From: Myxococcota bacterium
GTDB taxonomy: Bacteria > Myxococcota_A > UBA9160 > UBA6930
Direction of reading: 5' to 3'
Assembly: GCA_965223415.1 (NCBI GenBank)
Contig: OZ245002.1
Coordinates: 4,000,001 to 4,064,000, forward strand
Length of the DNA: 64,000 nucleotides
Shown: positions 51,483 through 62,218 of the stretch, piece after piece
Numbering within the stretch: the stretch's first letter is position 1
Layout: each line of letters begins with the position of its first letter
The notes under the pieces: generated by a model
What the model was told of the DNA's origin: nothing
Seen by the model: only the letters and a program-made list of their open reading frames with translations
Database searches by the model: none
Translations under genes and position numbers: made by a program

Positions 51483-52259
51483 GAGGGCGCGAAGGTGCTG
51501 GTGAACGACCTGGGCGGTGCCCGGGACGGCAGTGGCAGCGGTGGGCAGGCGATGGCCGATCAGGTCGTCGACGAGATCAAGGAGCACGGCGGCGAGGCCG
51601 TGGCGAACTACGAGAACGTGGCCACGGTGGAGGGCGGCGAGGCGATCGTGCAGGGAGCGCTCGACGCGTTCGGGCAGCTCGACATCTGCGTGAACAACGC
51701 GGGCATCCTGCGCGACAAGACGGTCTCGAAGACCACCGAGGACCTGTGGGACCCGGTGATCGCGGTCCACCTGAAGGGCACCTACGCGGTCTCGCGGCCG
51801 GCCTTCAACCACATGAAGGAGCGCGGGCAGGGCGGGGTGATCATCAACACCTCCTCGACTTCCGGGCTGAACGGGAACTTCGGGCAGGCGAACTACGGTG
51901 CGGCCAAGGCGGGCATCGCCGGCTTCACCCGCTGCATGGCCCTCGAGGGCCAGCGCTACGGGATCCGCTGCTTCATCCTCGCGCCGGTCGCGCTCACGCG
52001 GCTCACCGAGGACCTGCCGGGGATGCAGGACGACTCCATGAAGGAGCGGATCGCTCCGGGACTGGTCTCGCCGCTGGTGGTCTACCTGGCCAGCGATCTC
52101 GCGAAGGACCAGACCAACAAGACCTTCTACGTCGGTGGCGGTCGCATCGCCGAGATGAAGATGGTCACGGCCCAGGGCGCCACGAAGTCCGACGATGGCG
52201 GCTTGTGGACGGCCCAGGAGATTGCCGACCAGATGGGCGAGATCCTGCTTCCGGAGTAG
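51399..52259 (+). CDS. SDR family oxidoreductase (hydroxyacyl-CoA dehydrogenase-like)
   Basis: TGAGGGLG, 'VNDLGG', NNAGILRD and 'GNFGQANYGAAK'. Confidence 0.93.
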   Translation: MALLDGKVALVTGAGGGLGREHALALAREGAKVLVNDLGGARDGSGSGGQAMADQVVDEIKEHGGEAVANYENVATVEGGEAIVQGALDAFGQLDICVNNAGILRDKTVSKTTEDLWDPVIAVHLKGTYAVSRPAFNHMKERGQGGVIINTSSTSGLNGNFGQANYGAAKAGIAGFTRCMALEGQRYGIRCFILAPVALTRLTEDLPGMQDDSMKERIAPGLVSPLVVYLASDLAKDQTNKTFYVGGGRIAEMKMVTAQGATKSDDGGLWTAQEIADQMGEILLPE

Positions 52260-52267
52260 GGATTCGA

Positions 52268-52297
52268 TCCCGCGGGGCGTCCGTTCGCCCCGCGGGA
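52268..52297 (+). terminator. GC-rich hairpin after SDR stop (no U-tract)
   Basis: TCCCGCGGGGCG-6nt-CGCCCCGCGGGA, a perfect 12-bp stem. Confidence 0.5.
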
Positions 52298-52392
52298 GCC
52301 CGCCGGAACTCCATCTCCTCGGCGCGTTTCTCATCGAGGGCGGCACCGGTACGCTCTCGGGGGGAGAGCCGTGCGCGGCTCGAGGAGAGGTT

Positions 52393-55056
52393 GTGGACGA
52401 GCGGGACGAGCAGCAGCGGCCGAGGGAGAGTCCGCCGCAGGCCGCGGCCGAGCCGGAGATCCGGCTGCCGGATCCGGAGATCGCCGATCCCTACTCGGCG
52501 ATGACCGCGCGTTACAACCTCTTCTTCCGCTGGTTCGCCCGCCGCTACTTCCGGCATCTCGACCTCGACCCGTCGACGACCCGGGCGCTGCGGGAGCTCG
52601 AGGAGCGTGGCGCCGTCGTGTACGTGATGCGCTATGCGAGCCGCCTGGACTACTTCCTCTTCAACACGCTCTTCGCCCGGCGCGGCCTGCGGCTCTCGGC
52701 CTTCGCCAACGGCCTCTCCTTCTACTACTACCAGCCGCTCTGGTCCGGACTCGCGCGCTGGTGGTCGCGCCGCCGGCACGGCCGCAGCGAGCGCCGCGAG
52801 GCGGACCGGCGCCGCGCCCTCGAGAAGGCCCGCGAGGTCGTGCGCAGCGGCGAGTCCATGTTCCTCTTCCTGCGCACCCAGCGGCTCTCGAGCGTGCTGC
52901 GCGGACGCGAGGCGGCGGTCGCCGAGGGACGTCGCGAGCAGGATCTCCTGGGCGAGGTCGTTCGCACCGCCCGCGAAGAGGGCAAGCAGGTCGCGCTCGT
53001 TCCCCTGGCGCTCTTCTGGCGCAAGGGGCCCCGGGCGACGCGGGGCTTCCTCAACCTCACCTACGGTGCGCCGACCCGCCCGACCGACATCGCCAAGGTC
53101 ACCTCCTTCCTGATGACCTATCAGGACCTGGCCATCCGTCCCGGCGTGCCCATCGACCTCCAGGCCTTCGTCGCCTCCCGGGGGCAGGATCCCGAGCAGC
53201 GGCTCGTGCGAAAGCTGCGTCGCGCCATCCAGATCTTCCTCTTCCGGGAGGAGCGGATCGTCGAGGGCCCTACCCTGCGCCCCCGCCACCGGGTGCAGGA
53301 GCTGGTGCTGGGAAGCGATGCCGTGGTGCAGGCGGTCGCCGACCGCGCACGCGATCCCGAGACGACGCCGGAAGCCGCTCGCGCCGAGGCCGAGAAGATC
53401 TTCCGCGAGATCGCGGCGAACATGAACTCGACCTTCCTGGGGATCCTGAACGTCGTCGCCACCTGGGTCTTCCGGAAGCTCTTCGTCTCGATCGAGACCG
53501 CCGGGATGGAGCGGGTCGCGCAGTACGCCCAGGAGCAGCCGGTCGTCCTGGTGCCCAGCCACCGCTCGTACTTCGACTTCCTGATCCTCACGTGGCTCTT
53601 CTACGGCCAGCACACCATGCCGCCGCACATCGCCGCCCGGGAGAACATGGCCTTCGGCCCCTTCGGCTTCGTGTTCCGACGGGCCGGCGCCTTCTTCCTG
53701 CGCAAGAGCTTCGACGACGATCTCTACAAGGCCGTCTTCCGCGCCTACGTCGGCTATCTCGTCAAGGAAGGCTTCACCCAGGAGTTCTTCATCGAGGGCG
53801 GCCGCTCGCGGACCGGCAAGAGCCTGGCGCCGCGCATGGGCATGCTCAACTGGAACATCCAGGCCTTCCTCGACAGCGGCCGCAAGGACCTGATCTTCGT
53901 TCCCGTCGGCATCACCTACGAGCGCATCGTCGAAGAGGGCGCGATGGTCGACGAGCTGGAGGGGGGCCGGAAGCAGGAGGAGAGCGTGCTCGGCCTGATG
54001 CGCGCTCGGAAGGTGCTGCAGCGGCGCTTCGGCAGCGTCTTCGTCCGCTTCGGTGAGGCGCTCTCCCTGGCGAAGGCGCTGGAGGGGCACGAGGCGCTCT
54101 TCGCCGCCTCCGACGACGACGAGGCGGCGGTCGCCCAGCGACGCGACTTCACCGAGCGCCTCGCCAACGATCTCGTCGAGCGCATCAACTGGTCGATCGT
54201 GGCCAACGCCACCTCCGTGGCCGCTTGCGCGCTCCTGGGGGAGCCGCGGCGGGGGCTCTTCCGCCACGAGCTGGTGCGCCGCATGGCCGAAGTGGTGGAG
54301 CTGCTGAACCTCCAGGACGTCCGTCTCACGCCCGCCTTCGAGGCCGATCAGCCCGATTTCGCGGAGTCGGTCGGCTTCCTGCTGCGCAGCGGCCTGATCA
54401 AGTCCGAGGAGGATCCCCGCGGCGAGATCCTCTACTTCGAGGACGGGCACCGGCGCGCCCTCGACGTCTACCGCAACACGCTCTTCCACTTCCTCGTCGC
54501 GCCCAGTCTGATCGCCCGCCAGGTCCTGCGTGGCGGCACGCGGGAAGATCTCGACGGCGAGCTCGGCTTCTGGCTCGATCTGCTCTACCGCGAGTTCTTC
54601 GCGCCCAAGGGCCTGGTGCAGAACGTGCACTGCGACGCCTTCCTCGACTACTTCGAGCGCATCGGCGTGCTCGAGCGGCAGGGCGATCGCCTGCTCGCTA
54701 CGGAGAAGGGGCAATCCTACTTCGGCTTCCTCGCCGAGCAGACCCGCAGCCTGCTCGAGGCCTATCATGCGGCGCTCGCGGTGATGGCCGCTGTCGACGA
54801 GCCGCGCACGGCCAAGCAGCTCGAGAAAGAGGCCGAGGAGCAGTTCCGGCGCGCCCATCTGATCGGCGAGGTGCATCGCACCGAGGGATGGAACCCGGTG
54901 ACCTTCCGCAACGCCCTCGATCTGCTGGTCCGGCGCGGCATCGTGGAGCGCCAGGCCGCTGAAGGACGCGGCGAAGCACGCTTCGCGCCCGGCGAAGCCC
55001 GTGGAGACCTCCCGGTGCTGCTCGGCCGGCTGGCGGGGGCCCTGGGCTCCGGGTAG
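52393..55056 (+). CDS. plsB: Glycerol-3-phosphate acyltransferase (PlsB-like)
   Basis: HRSYFD, 'GAFFLRK', [11 protein letters not shown] and 'ITYE'. Start uncertain (GTG 52393). Confidence 0.85.
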   Translation: MDERDEQQRPRESPPQAAAEPEIRLPDPEIADPYSAMTARYNLFFRWFARRYFRHLDLDPSTTRALRELEERGAVVYVMRYASRLDYFLFNTLFARRGLRLSAFANGLSFYYYQPLWSGLARWWSRRRHGRSERREADRRRALEKAREVVRSGESMFLFLRTQRLSSVLRGREAAVAEGRREQDLLGEVVRTAREEGKQVALVPLALFWRKGPRATRGFLNLTYGAPTRPTDIAKVTSFLMTYQDLAIRPGVPIDLQAFVASRGQDPEQRLVRKLRRAIQIFLFREERIVEGPTLRPRHRVQELVLGSDAVVQAVADRARDPETTPEAARAEAEKIFREIAANMNSTFLGILNVVATWVFRKLFVSIETAGMERVAQYAQEQPVVLVPSHRSYFDFLILTWLFYGQHTMPPHIAARENMAFGPFGFVFRRAGAFFLRKSFDDDLYKAVFRAYVGYLVKEGFTQEFFIEGGRSRTGKSLAPRMGMLNWNIQAFLDSGRKDLIFVPVGITYERIVEEGAMVDELEGGRKQEESVLGLMRARKVLQRRFGSVFVRFGEALSLAKALEGHEALFAASDDDEAAVAQRRDFTERLANDLVERINWSIVANATSVAACALLGEPRRGLFRHELVRRMAEVVELLNLQDVRLTPAFEADQPDFAESVGFLLRSGLIKSEEDPRGEILYFEDGHRRALDVYRNTLFHFLVAPSLIARQVLRGGTREDLDGELGFWLDLLYREFFAPKGLVQNVHCDAFLDYFERIGVLERQGDRLLATEKGQSYFGFLAEQTRSLLEAYHAALAVMAAVDEPRTAKQLEKEAEEQFRRAHLIGEVHRTEGWNPVTFRNALDLLVRRGIVERQAAEGRGEARFAPGEARGDLPVLLGRLAGALGSG

Positions 55057-55069
55057 TCTCGCCGCCCTC

Positions 55070-55456
55070 ATGACGGCCCGGAACCCGCTGGATTTCGCCA
55101 AGCGAGGCGGACTCGTGACGGCCATCGCCCAGGATCACGCGACCGGTGAGATCCTGATGGTGGCTTACATGAACGAGGAGTCCTTCGCGAAGACCCTCGA
55201 GCTGGGCGAGGTGGTGTATTGGAGCACCTCGCGGAACGAGCTCTGGCACAAGGGCGAGAGCAGCGGGAACGTGCAGGTCGTGAAGGAGCTGCGCGTCGAC
55301 TGCGACGGCGACGCGGTGCTCCTCAAGGTGGAGCAGAAGGGCGACGCCGCCTGCCACACCGGCAAGCGCAGCTGCTTCTTCAACCTGCGCCGGGACGACA
55401 GCTGGGTGGACGACGGCCGGCAGGTCTTCGATCCCGACGAGGTCTATGGCAAGTGA
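55070..55456 (+). CDS. hisI: Phosphoribosyl-AMP cyclohydrolase
   Basis: '[16 protein letters not shown]', 'DCDGD' and '[10 protein letters not shown]'. Confidence 0.96.
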   Translation: MTARNPLDFAKRGGLVTAIAQDHATGEILMVAYMNEESFAKTLELGEVVYWSTSRNELWHKGESSGNVQVVKELRVDCDGDAVLLKVEQKGDAACHTGKRSCFFNLRRDDSWVDDGRQVFDPDEVYGK

Positions 55457-56340
55457 ACGCCGCTCGGAAGCGCATCCTGCGCCTGGGGCTGCCGAAGGGC
55501 AGCCTCCAGGACACGACGGCCCGGCTCTTCGAGCTGGCGGGCTACAACATCCGCTTCCCGTCCCGCTCCTACTACCCCGAGATCGACGATCCGGAGATCG
55601 AGTGCATCCTGATCCGGGCCCAGGAGATGGCGCGCTACGTCGAGCAGGGCGTGCTCGATGCCGGCATCACCGGTATCGACTGGGTCCAGGAGAACGGGGC
55701 CAAGGTCAAGGAGCTGGCCGACCTGAAGGCCCCGTGGCCGAACTACCGGACGGTGCGCTGGCTGCTGGCGGTGAAGGAAGGCTCGAGGTTCAAGTCCGTG
55801 GAGGACCTGCAGGGGAAGCGGATCGCCACCGAGGCGGTGGGGCTCACGCGCCGCTACCTGAAGCAGCACGGGGTGAAGGCCGAGATCGAGTTCTCCTACG
55901 GGGCTACCGAGGTGAAGCCGCCGGTGCTCGCCGACGCGATCGTAGACGTCTCCGAGACGGGCTCGAGCATCCGGGCGAACAACCTGCGCGTGCTCGACAC
56001 GGTGCTCGAGAGCACGCCCCGCTTCATCGCCAACAAGGATTCGGTCAAGGACGCCTTCAAGAAACGGAAGCTCGAGCGCATGCTGCTGATGCTGAACGGC
56101 GCCATCGCCGCGGCCGGGCGCGTCGGCCTCAAGCTGAACGTCCGCCGCAAGCACTTGGACGCGGTGCTTGCCGTGCTGCCCGCGCTCGGCACGCCCACGA
56201 TCTCGGCCCTGGCCGACGACGAATGGGTCGCCCTCGAGACGATCGTCTACGAGACCGTCGTGCGGGATTTGCTCCCGGAGCTGGTCGAGCTCGGGGCCGA
56301 GGGCATCGTCGAGTATCCGATCAACAAGATCGTCGCCTGA
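55453..56340 (+). CDS. hisG: ATP phosphoribosyltransferase (long form)
   Basis: 'LPKGSL', 'GITGIDW', 'SYGATE' and 'DVSETGSS'. C-terminal regulatory domain present. Confidence 0.96.
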   Translation: MNAARKRILRLGLPKGSLQDTTARLFELAGYNIRFPSRSYYPEIDDPEIECILIRAQEMARYVEQGVLDAGITGIDWVQENGAKVKELADLKAPWPNYRTVRWLLAVKEGSRFKSVEDLQGKRIATEAVGLTRRYLKQHGVKAEIEFSYGATEVKPPVLADAIVDVSETGSSIRANNLRVLDTVLESTPRFIANKDSVKDAFKKRKLERMLLMLNGAIAAAGRVGLKLNVRRKHLDAVLAVLPALGTPTISALADDEWVALETIVYETVVRDLLPELVELGAEGIVEYPINKIVA

Positions 56341-56344
56341 GCAG

Positions 56345-56920
56345 GTGGGGCGCTTCGTCCGGCTCGCCCGGATCGTCCCCGACTACGGGCGCACGGCGCT
56401 TCGGGGGTGGCTCGGCCATCGGGCTCCCGGCCGCGGTCCGCATCGCGTGGCCCAGGCCGTGGTGGTCGGCGAGGAGGGCGTGCTGCTCACCGTGCGTGCC
56501 GAGCTCCGGGGCTGGGAGCTGCCCGGCGGCGTCGTCGACCCCGGTGAGCTGTCAACGGAGACGGTCGTGCGCGAGGTGCGCGAGGAGACGGGGATCGACG
56601 TCGAGATCGAGTGGGAAGTGGGAACCTGGACGCGGACGGGCTTCCTGCCCCATCGGGTCACCGTGTTCCGCTGCCGGCCCGTTTCCGGCACGCCGACTCC
56701 GAGCGCCGAGACGCCGCGGGTGGCCTGGTGGGATCCGCAGGCGCTACCGACCGCGACGCTCTTCCCCTGGTACTGGGAGCCCCTGGCGGCTGGGCTCTCC
56801 GGCGAGGCCGATCCGGTCGAGCGCACCGAGCATCAGGGGCTCCGCGCCATCGCCGCGGGGATGGCGATCGACCTTCGGATGAGATGGAGCGACGATCGCA
56901 CCGGCGGAGGCGCCCGATGA
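56345..56920 (+). CDS. NUDIX hydrolase
   Basis: 'WELPGGVVDPGELSTETVVREVREETG' Nudix box. Confidence 0.88.
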   Translation: MGRFVRLARIVPDYGRTALRGWLGHRAPGRGPHRVAQAVVVGEEGVLLTVRAELRGWELPGGVVDPGELSTETVVREVREETGIDVEIEWEVGTWTRTGFLPHRVTVFRCRPVSGTPTPSAETPRVAWWDPQALPTATLFPWYWEPLAAGLSGEADPVERTEHQGLRAIAAGMAIDLRMRWSDDRTGGGAR

Positions 56921-57629
56921 CCGACGGTGGCTGGTCCGACTCGGCCGAGGCATGGATCGCCCGCATGGGCGAAGAGGGCGATGCGGGCCGCCGCGAGCTG
57001 ATCGATCCGGTCGTGCTGGCCCGCGTGCAGGCGGGCGGCTTCGAGAACGCGCTCGACGTCGGATGCGGTGAGGGGCGGACCTGCCGGGCTCTGAAGGCCC
57101 GGGGCGTCGCCGCGGTGGGGATCGATCCCACCGAGCGTCTGATCGAATGTCCGAGGGACCGGGATCCCGGGGCCACTACCGTCTGGCCCGCGCGGAGCGC
57201 CTGCCCTTCGACGACGCCTCCTTCGACCTCGTCCTGAGCTGCGTGTCGCTGGTCGACATTCCGGACTTCCGGGCCGCCATTTCGGAGATGAGCCGGGTGC
57301 TCGCCCCCGGCGGCGCACTCCTCGTCGCCAACCTGACCTCCCTCCAGTCGGCGGGCATGCGAGGCGGCTGGCAGCGCGGCGCGGCGGGCCGCCCCCTGCA
57401 CTTCGCCGTCGACGACTACGGCAGCGAGTGGGCGGAATGGGTCGAATGGGCCGGCATCCGTGTGGAGAACTGGCACCGGCCGCTCAGCGCCTACATGAAG
57501 GCCTACCTCGACTGCGGATTGAGGCTGGCCTTCTTCGACGAACCCTTGGCACCGCCCGCTTTCGCCAGCGAGGCCGACACGAACGTACGGGCGCCCTGGT
57601 TCAACGCGATGGAGTGGCGCAAGCCGGAG
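56917..57629 (+). pseudogene. Class I SAM methyltransferase, frameshifted (or sequencing error)
   Basis: The N-half (LDVGCGEG) and C-half (LPFDDASFD, RVLAPGG, WHRPLS) are in different frames, joined at GGGG 57169-57172. No stop at the expected end after WRKP. Confidence 0.75.
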
Positions 57630-57723
57630 CCGGGCGACGGCGCGGCGTCCGGGCCGTGCGGGGGGACGGAGGCGGAAGCGCGGTGCCGCGCGCCGTTCCG
57701 GCGCCCGGGGTACCGTCCCACCC

Positions 57724-58977
57724 ATGACGACTCCCGACGAGCTCGCCGGCTACGACCCGATGGCTCCGCAGTTCCAGCAGGATCCCATCCCGTACTACCG
57801 GATCCTGCGCGAGAAGGCCCCGGTCTTCCGTCACCCCGCCACCGGGATCTTCTTCGTTTCCCGCCACGACGCCGTGAGCGCGGTGCTGGCGGACCCGGCG
57901 ACCTTCTCGTCCCGCTTCGGCGGCGACCCGCGTACCCAGGCGCCCTCCTCCCTGCGCACGCGGCTCGAGGCGGTGTTCGCCGAGGGCTGGCCGATGATCT
58001 CGACCATGCTCATGGAGGATCCGCCCCTCCAGACGCGCTACCGCAAGACGATCGGCCGCGCCTTCTCGAGCAGGAGGATCCTCGCCTGGGAGGGGGCCAT
58101 CCGGGAGATGACCGCCGAGATCCTCGACGCCTGGCCGGAGCGGGGCCGGGTCGACGTCATGCAGAGCCTCGCGATCCCGCTGCCGATCCGGGTGATCGGT
58201 CACGCGCTCGCGATGAAGCCGGAGGTTCTCCCGCAGGTGAAGGGCTGGTCCGACGCCTCGGTTGCGGGGCTCGGGGCGGCGGTCTCCGACGACGAGCGCG
58301 TCGACGCCGCCCGGAGCGTCGTCGAGATGCAGAAGTACTGGGCCGGCGAGTTCGACACGCGGCGCAAGGAGCCGCGAGACGACGTCATCACGGGTCTCGT
58401 CCAGGAGATCTTCGAGGACGCGGACGGCACCGAGCGTCCGCTCGAGACGGTCGAGCTCCTGAGCACGGTCCAGCAGCTCATGGTGGCCGGCAACGAGACG
58501 ACGACGAAGGTGATCAACGAGAGCTTCCGGCTGTTCGCCGAGCGCCCGGACGTGTGGGAGCGCATGGGCCGGGAGCCGGGGGTGATCCCGAACGTCGTCG
58601 AGGAGGTGCTGCGCCTCACGTCGCCGAACCAGGGCCTGTTCCGGGTGGTCACGGCGGACACGGAGATCCTGGCCACGAAGATCCCCGCCGGCTCGATGCT
58701 CTGGGTGATGTTCGGAGCGGCCAATCGGGACGAGCGCGTCTTCCCGGATCCGGATCGCCTGGAACCGGATCGGCCGAATCTCCGCGAGCACCTGGCCTTC
58801 GGCAAGGGCGCGCACTTCTGCATCGGGGCACCGCTGGCCCGCCTCGAGCTCCGGGTCGTGGTCGAGGAGCTCGTGCGCCGGGTCCGCCGGTTCACGATCC
58901 CCGAGGACTTCGAGCTGGTCTACGAGCCGAGCTACATCCTGCGCGGGCTGGCGGCCATGGAGATCGAGCTGGGCTAG
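57724..58977 (+). CDS. Cytochrome P450
   Basis: AGNETT, EEVLR, ANRD and [10 protein letters not shown]. Confidence 0.96.
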   Translation: MTTPDELAGYDPMAPQFQQDPIPYYRILREKAPVFRHPATGIFFVSRHDAVSAVLADPATFSSRFGGDPRTQAPSSLRTRLEAVFAEGWPMISTMLMEDPPLQTRYRKTIGRAFSSRRILAWEGAIREMTAEILDAWPERGRVDVMQSLAIPLPIRVIGHALAMKPEVLPQVKGWSDASVAGLGAAVSDDERVDAARSVVEMQKYWAGEFDTRRKEPRDDVITGLVQEIFEDADGTERPLETVELLSTVQQLMVAGNETTTKVINESFRLFAERPDVWERMGREPGVIPNVVEEVLRLTSPNQGLFRVVTADTEILATKIPAGSMLWVMFGAANRDERVFPDPDRLEPDRPNLREHLAFGKGAHFCIGAPLARLELRVVVEELVRRVRRFTIPEDFELVYEPSYILRGLAAMEIELG

Positions 58978-59018
58978 GGCGTCGGTCGCGGGCGGCCGGC
59001 TCGCCCGCACGCCCAACG

Positions 59019-59058
59019 AAAACCGCCCTCCCGGGAACGCCGATTCCGGAAGGGCGGT
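59019..59058 (-). terminator. Intrinsic terminator between convergent genes
   Basis: 15-bp stem (13/15) ACCGCCCTCCCGGGA / TTCCGGAAGGGCGGT, followed by TTTT on the minus strand. Confidence 0.7.
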
Positions 59059-59087
59059 CGCTTCTCAACCCAGAGGCTGGATCGAAC

Positions 59088-59585
59088 CTAGGCGCTGGTC
59101 TCCCGCAGCCCGCTCTGCTCGAGCTCCTTGCCGAGCTGCTGGACCTTGCGCTTGAACTCGTCGAAGGGGTCGTCGAAGGAGAGGATGATCTCGGTGGTGC
59201 GCGGGATCTCGTCCCCGTTGAGCAGGCCTCGGTAGCGGTTGAGGTTGGCGAGGATGGCCTCGGCCACCTTGAGGGCGCGCTTCTCGGTCTTGATCAGCGG
59301 CGACTGGAGCGTGTAGACGTTGTTGCGTCCCCAGAGGCTCTCGTCGCGGACGATCGCGATCTCGCGGTAGACGCTGTTGATCGGATCGAAGTTGTACTCG
59401 ACCCGGACCTCCTTGAAGATGTCCGAGTTGCCGGTGTAGAAGCCACGCTCCTTCTCCACCTTGCCGAGCTGCCGGCAGCGTGGGCAGTAGAAGGTATCGC
59501 CGTGGTTGAGGAGGAAGACGCCCTTCGCGTAGTCCTCGCAGTCGGTGTTCTCGCAGTAACCGACTCCACGCTTCATGCTTGCCAT
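59088..59585 (-). CDS. Hypothetical protein with N-terminal zinc ribbon (CxxxxC...CxxC)
   Basis: 165 aa with strongly C/G-ending codons and a GGAGG upstream. Contains 'YCENTDC' and 'YCPRC'. Confidence 0.85.
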   Translation of the reverse strand: MASMKRGVGYCENTDCEDYAKGVFLLNHGDTFYCPRCRQLGKVEKERGFYTGNSDIFKEVRVEYNFDPINSVYREIAIVRDESLWGRNNVYTLQSPLIKTEKRALKVAEAILANLNRYRGLLNGDEIPRTTEIILSFDDPFDEFKRKVQQLGKELEQSGLRETSA

Positions 59586-59644
59586 GGGATGATCGCCTCC
59601 GGCTCTCGCTAGGTGGCGCGAGCTCCGTTCGAGCCTTTCAAGAG

Positions 59645-59659
59645 GCAAGCCCCGTGCCA
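59645..59659 (-). promoter_or_regulatory. Sigma-54 (-24/-12) promoter
   Basis: The minus strand reads TGGCAC-GGGGC-TTGC, the consensus with exact spacing, 60 bp upstream of ATG 59585. Confidence 0.75.
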
Positions 59660-59997
59660 TGCGGCTCTGGGGGGAGCACCGCGGCGCGATGTTCGAGCGT
59701 CTTTCTGCTGTTGGGAGTGTAGCTGCCCATTCGCTGCGGGTGCCGCGCTGCACACGAGCTGCAGCCGTTGGCACCCCGTTCGACTCAAACGGGGAAGCGG
59801 ATTCCCCTTCCCCCCGCTTCGTGGGCGGCCGGTCCGCAAGATCCCGCGCACGGTGTCCGGCGGGTGGCTTCCGGGGCACGCCGGGCCTTCCAGGGCCGAC
59901 GACGCACTCCTTCCCGCTCGTTCCGATTTGGGGGAAAATCGAACTGCCACGTACACTTACGGGCGCCCTTGCTTATACTTCGCCGGCCGCACGGTTG

Positions 59998-60126
59998 TCA
60001 ACCGGGATTTGATTCTTCCCCTCGGGCGATCTCCTGCCGAAGCGCCGCGCGCTCGCGCAGGAGGTACACGGCGTAGCCGGCGACGCCCAGGATGGTGAGG
60101 CCGTAGGCCGCTACGACGTACCCCAC
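59998..60126 (-). CDS. ccmD: Heme exporter protein D (CcmD-like)
   Basis: 42-aa single-TM protein 'GYVVAAYGLTILG' directly after ccmC. Confidence 0.75.
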   Translation of the reverse strand: MGYVVAAYGLTILGVAGYAVYLLRERAALRQEIARGEESNPG

Positions 60127-60824
60127 GAGGCCTCCTCCCCGCGCCCCGCCAGGGCCTGCTGGCGGACGCGCTCGGCGCGCAAGGCGCCCACCTCGATGCG
60201 CCGGACCACCAGGAAGGCGAAGGTGGCGAGCATCGTCAGCATGCCCATCAGGAAGGGCCAGCCCATTCCCGCACCGAGGCTGTCTCCCCCCAGGTTCTCG
60301 GGGTGGATCGCGCGCCCGGCGGCGAGGTCGATCGCGAAGTAGTTGAGCGGGATCAGCGCGACCCCGGCGATGCCGTAGACCGCCGCGAAGCGCGCCGCCC
60401 GCTCGCTGCCCTCCGTGAACGAGCGCAGCAGCAGGTACGCCACGTAGACGAAGAAGAGCACCAGGGTCACCGTGAGCCGCAGGTCCCAGGACCACCATTT
60501 GCCCCAGGTGCCCTTCGCCCAGATCGGCCCCGTGACGAGCATCAGCACGGCGAACAGCACGCCCACTTCCGCGCTGGAGAGGGCGAAGCGGTCGTAGCGT
60601 TCCTCGCCCTTCCAGAGGTAGAGCGCGCCCCCGATCGCCGTACCGATGAACCCGACGTAGGTGCCGATCGCGGTGGGGACGTGGACGTAGAGGATCTTCT
60701 GGATCACGCCCTGGACCCGGTCGACCGGGGCGTTCCAGGCCAGCAACGCCCAGGCCAGCACGCACACGGCCATCAGCAGGGCCGTCACGGTGTGGGCGCG
60801 GGAGGCGGAGGCGGGTGCCGGCAT
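60111..60824 (-). CDS. ccmC: Heme exporter protein C
   Basis: 'YVHVP' and the WWD motif 'WAKGTWGKWWSWDLRLT'. Confidence 0.92.
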   Translation of the reverse strand: MPAPASASRAHTVTALLMAVCVLAWALLAWNAPVDRVQGVIQKILYVHVPTAIGTYVGFIGTAIGGALYLWKGEERYDRFALSSAEVGVLFAVLMLVTGPIWAKGTWGKWWSWDLRLTVTLVLFFVYVAYLLLRSFTEGSERAARFAAVYGIAGVALIPLNYFAIDLAAGRAIHPENLGGDSLGAGMGWPFLMGMLTMLATFAFLVVRRIEVGALRAERVRQQALAGRGEEASWGTS

Positions 60825-60836
60825 CGTCTCGGGTCC

Positions 60837-61502
60837 TCAGTCGTCCAGCACGTACTCGAAGCCGAGGAAGCTCACGATCAGGAAGACGCCGTCGGTCACG
60901 AGCAGCAGCTGGAGCGCGGCGAAGGGTAGCTCTCCGTCCGCGATGAGCCCGCGGGTGGCCTGCACCGCCGCCAGCAGCACCGGCACCATCAGTGGCAGCA
61001 TGAGCAGCGGCAGGATCATCTCCCGGTAGGTCGTGCGGGCCGCCATGGCCGAGAGCAGGGTGCCGATGCTGCAGAGCCCGACGGCACCGAGGGCGGCCAC
61101 GCCCGCCAGGGGCAGGGCGACCGGCCGCAGGTCCAGATCGAAGGCCAGGGCGAAGGCCGCGGCGGTGACGAGCTGCACCCCGAGCACGAGGGCGAGGTTC
61201 GCCCCGGCCTTACCGAGGAAGATCCAGCCCCGGTCCGCCGGGGCCAGGGCCAGGCCCGAGAGCGCCTCGTTCTCGAGCTCCATGCCGAAGGAGCGGCCCA
61301 GCCCGAGGACGACGGCGAAGACGTAGGCAACCCACAGCAGGCCCGGGACGTGCTCGCGGGCGGCTTCGCCCCGGCCCGGCGGCGCGGCGAAGTAGAGCAC
61401 GACCACCACCAGCAGGGCGAAGACCAGCATCGCGATCAGCCGGTCGCGGCTGCGCCACTCGGTGACGAGGTCCTTCCACAGCACGGCCCACAGCGCGTTC
61501 AC
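60837..61502 (-). CDS. ccmB: Heme exporter protein B
   Basis: 'WKDLVTEWR', 'ELEN' and 'LPLLMLPLMVPVL'. GTGA overlap with ccmA. Confidence 0.9.
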   Translation of the reverse strand: MNALWAVLWKDLVTEWRSRDRLIAMLVFALLVVVVLYFAAPPGRGEAAREHVPGLLWVAYVFAVVLGLGRSFGMELENEALSGLALAPADRGWIFLGKAGANLALVLGVQLVTAAAFALAFDLDLRPVALPLAGVAALGAVGLCSIGTLLSAMAARTTYREMILPLLMLPLMVPVLLAAVQATRGLIADGELPFAALQLLLVTDGVFLIVSFLGFEYVLDD

Positions 61503-62218
61503 GGCTCGCGGGCTCCGACCACCCGGCGGTAGGCCGCGTCGAGGGCGTCCGGCGAGCTGAGGGCCTGCGGGTCCAGGGGCGTGGCTGCGCCGCGCACGAG
61601 CACGAGGCCGCGGTCGGCGAGCCCCGCCGCCCGGCTGAGATCGTGGGTGACGAGTACCGAGGTGCGTCCCCCGTCTCGGGCCGCCGCGAGGCGCAGGGTC
61701 AGCCGGTCGGCGGCGCGGGGGTCGAGGCCGGTGAAGGGCTCGTCCAGCAGCAGCACCTCCGGGTCGTGCACGAGGGCCCGTGCGATGGCCACCCGCTGCG
61801 CCATGCCGCGAGAGAAGCTGCCGACGCGGCGGTCGGCGACGGCCGCCAGGGCCTGCTCCTCGAGCAGGCTCTCCGCCCGGGCCGGCGGGTCGGCGACGCC
61901 CCACAGGCGGCCGGCCAGGATGAGGTTCTCGCGGGCCGTGAGCGCGGGGTAGAGGAAGGTCGCGTGGCCGATCAGGCCGATGCGACGGCGCCGGGCCACC
62001 CGGTCCCGGCCGGCGTCGCCCACCGCGAGGGTGCCCGCGGACGGCCGCGTCAGGCCGGCGATCAGCCGCAGCAAGGTCGACTTCCCGGCGCCGTTCGGGC
62101 CGAGCACGGCGAGGGTGGCGCCGCGGGGCACCGCCAGGTCCAGGGGCTCGAGGGCCACCAGCGGACCGAAGCGGCGGGTGAGTCCGCGGGCCTCGATCGC
62201 GAGGGCGGCTTCGCTCAA
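61499..62218 (-). CDS. ccmA: Heme exporter ABC ATP-binding protein
   Basis: GPNGAGKS, FSRGM and LLLDEP. Directly upstream of ccmBC. Confidence 0.9.
   Translation of the reverse strand: MSEAALAIEARGLTRRFGPLVALEPLDLAVPRGATLAVLGPNGAGKSTLLRLIAGLTRPSAGTLAVGDAGRDRVARRRRIGLIGHATFLYPALTARENLILAGRLWGVADPPARAESLLEEQALAAVADRRVGSFSRGMAQRVAIARALVHDPEVLLLDEPFTGLDPRAADRLTLRLAAARDGGRTSVLVTHDLSRAAGLADRGLVLVRGAATPLDPQALSSPDALDAAYRRVVGAREP

Noticed and set aside
57147..59612. 821-aa ORF in the track
   Set aside because: Only the first ~160 aa are methyltransferase-like. The rest is low-complexity out-of-frame read-through over the P450 gene and antisense to the next gene.
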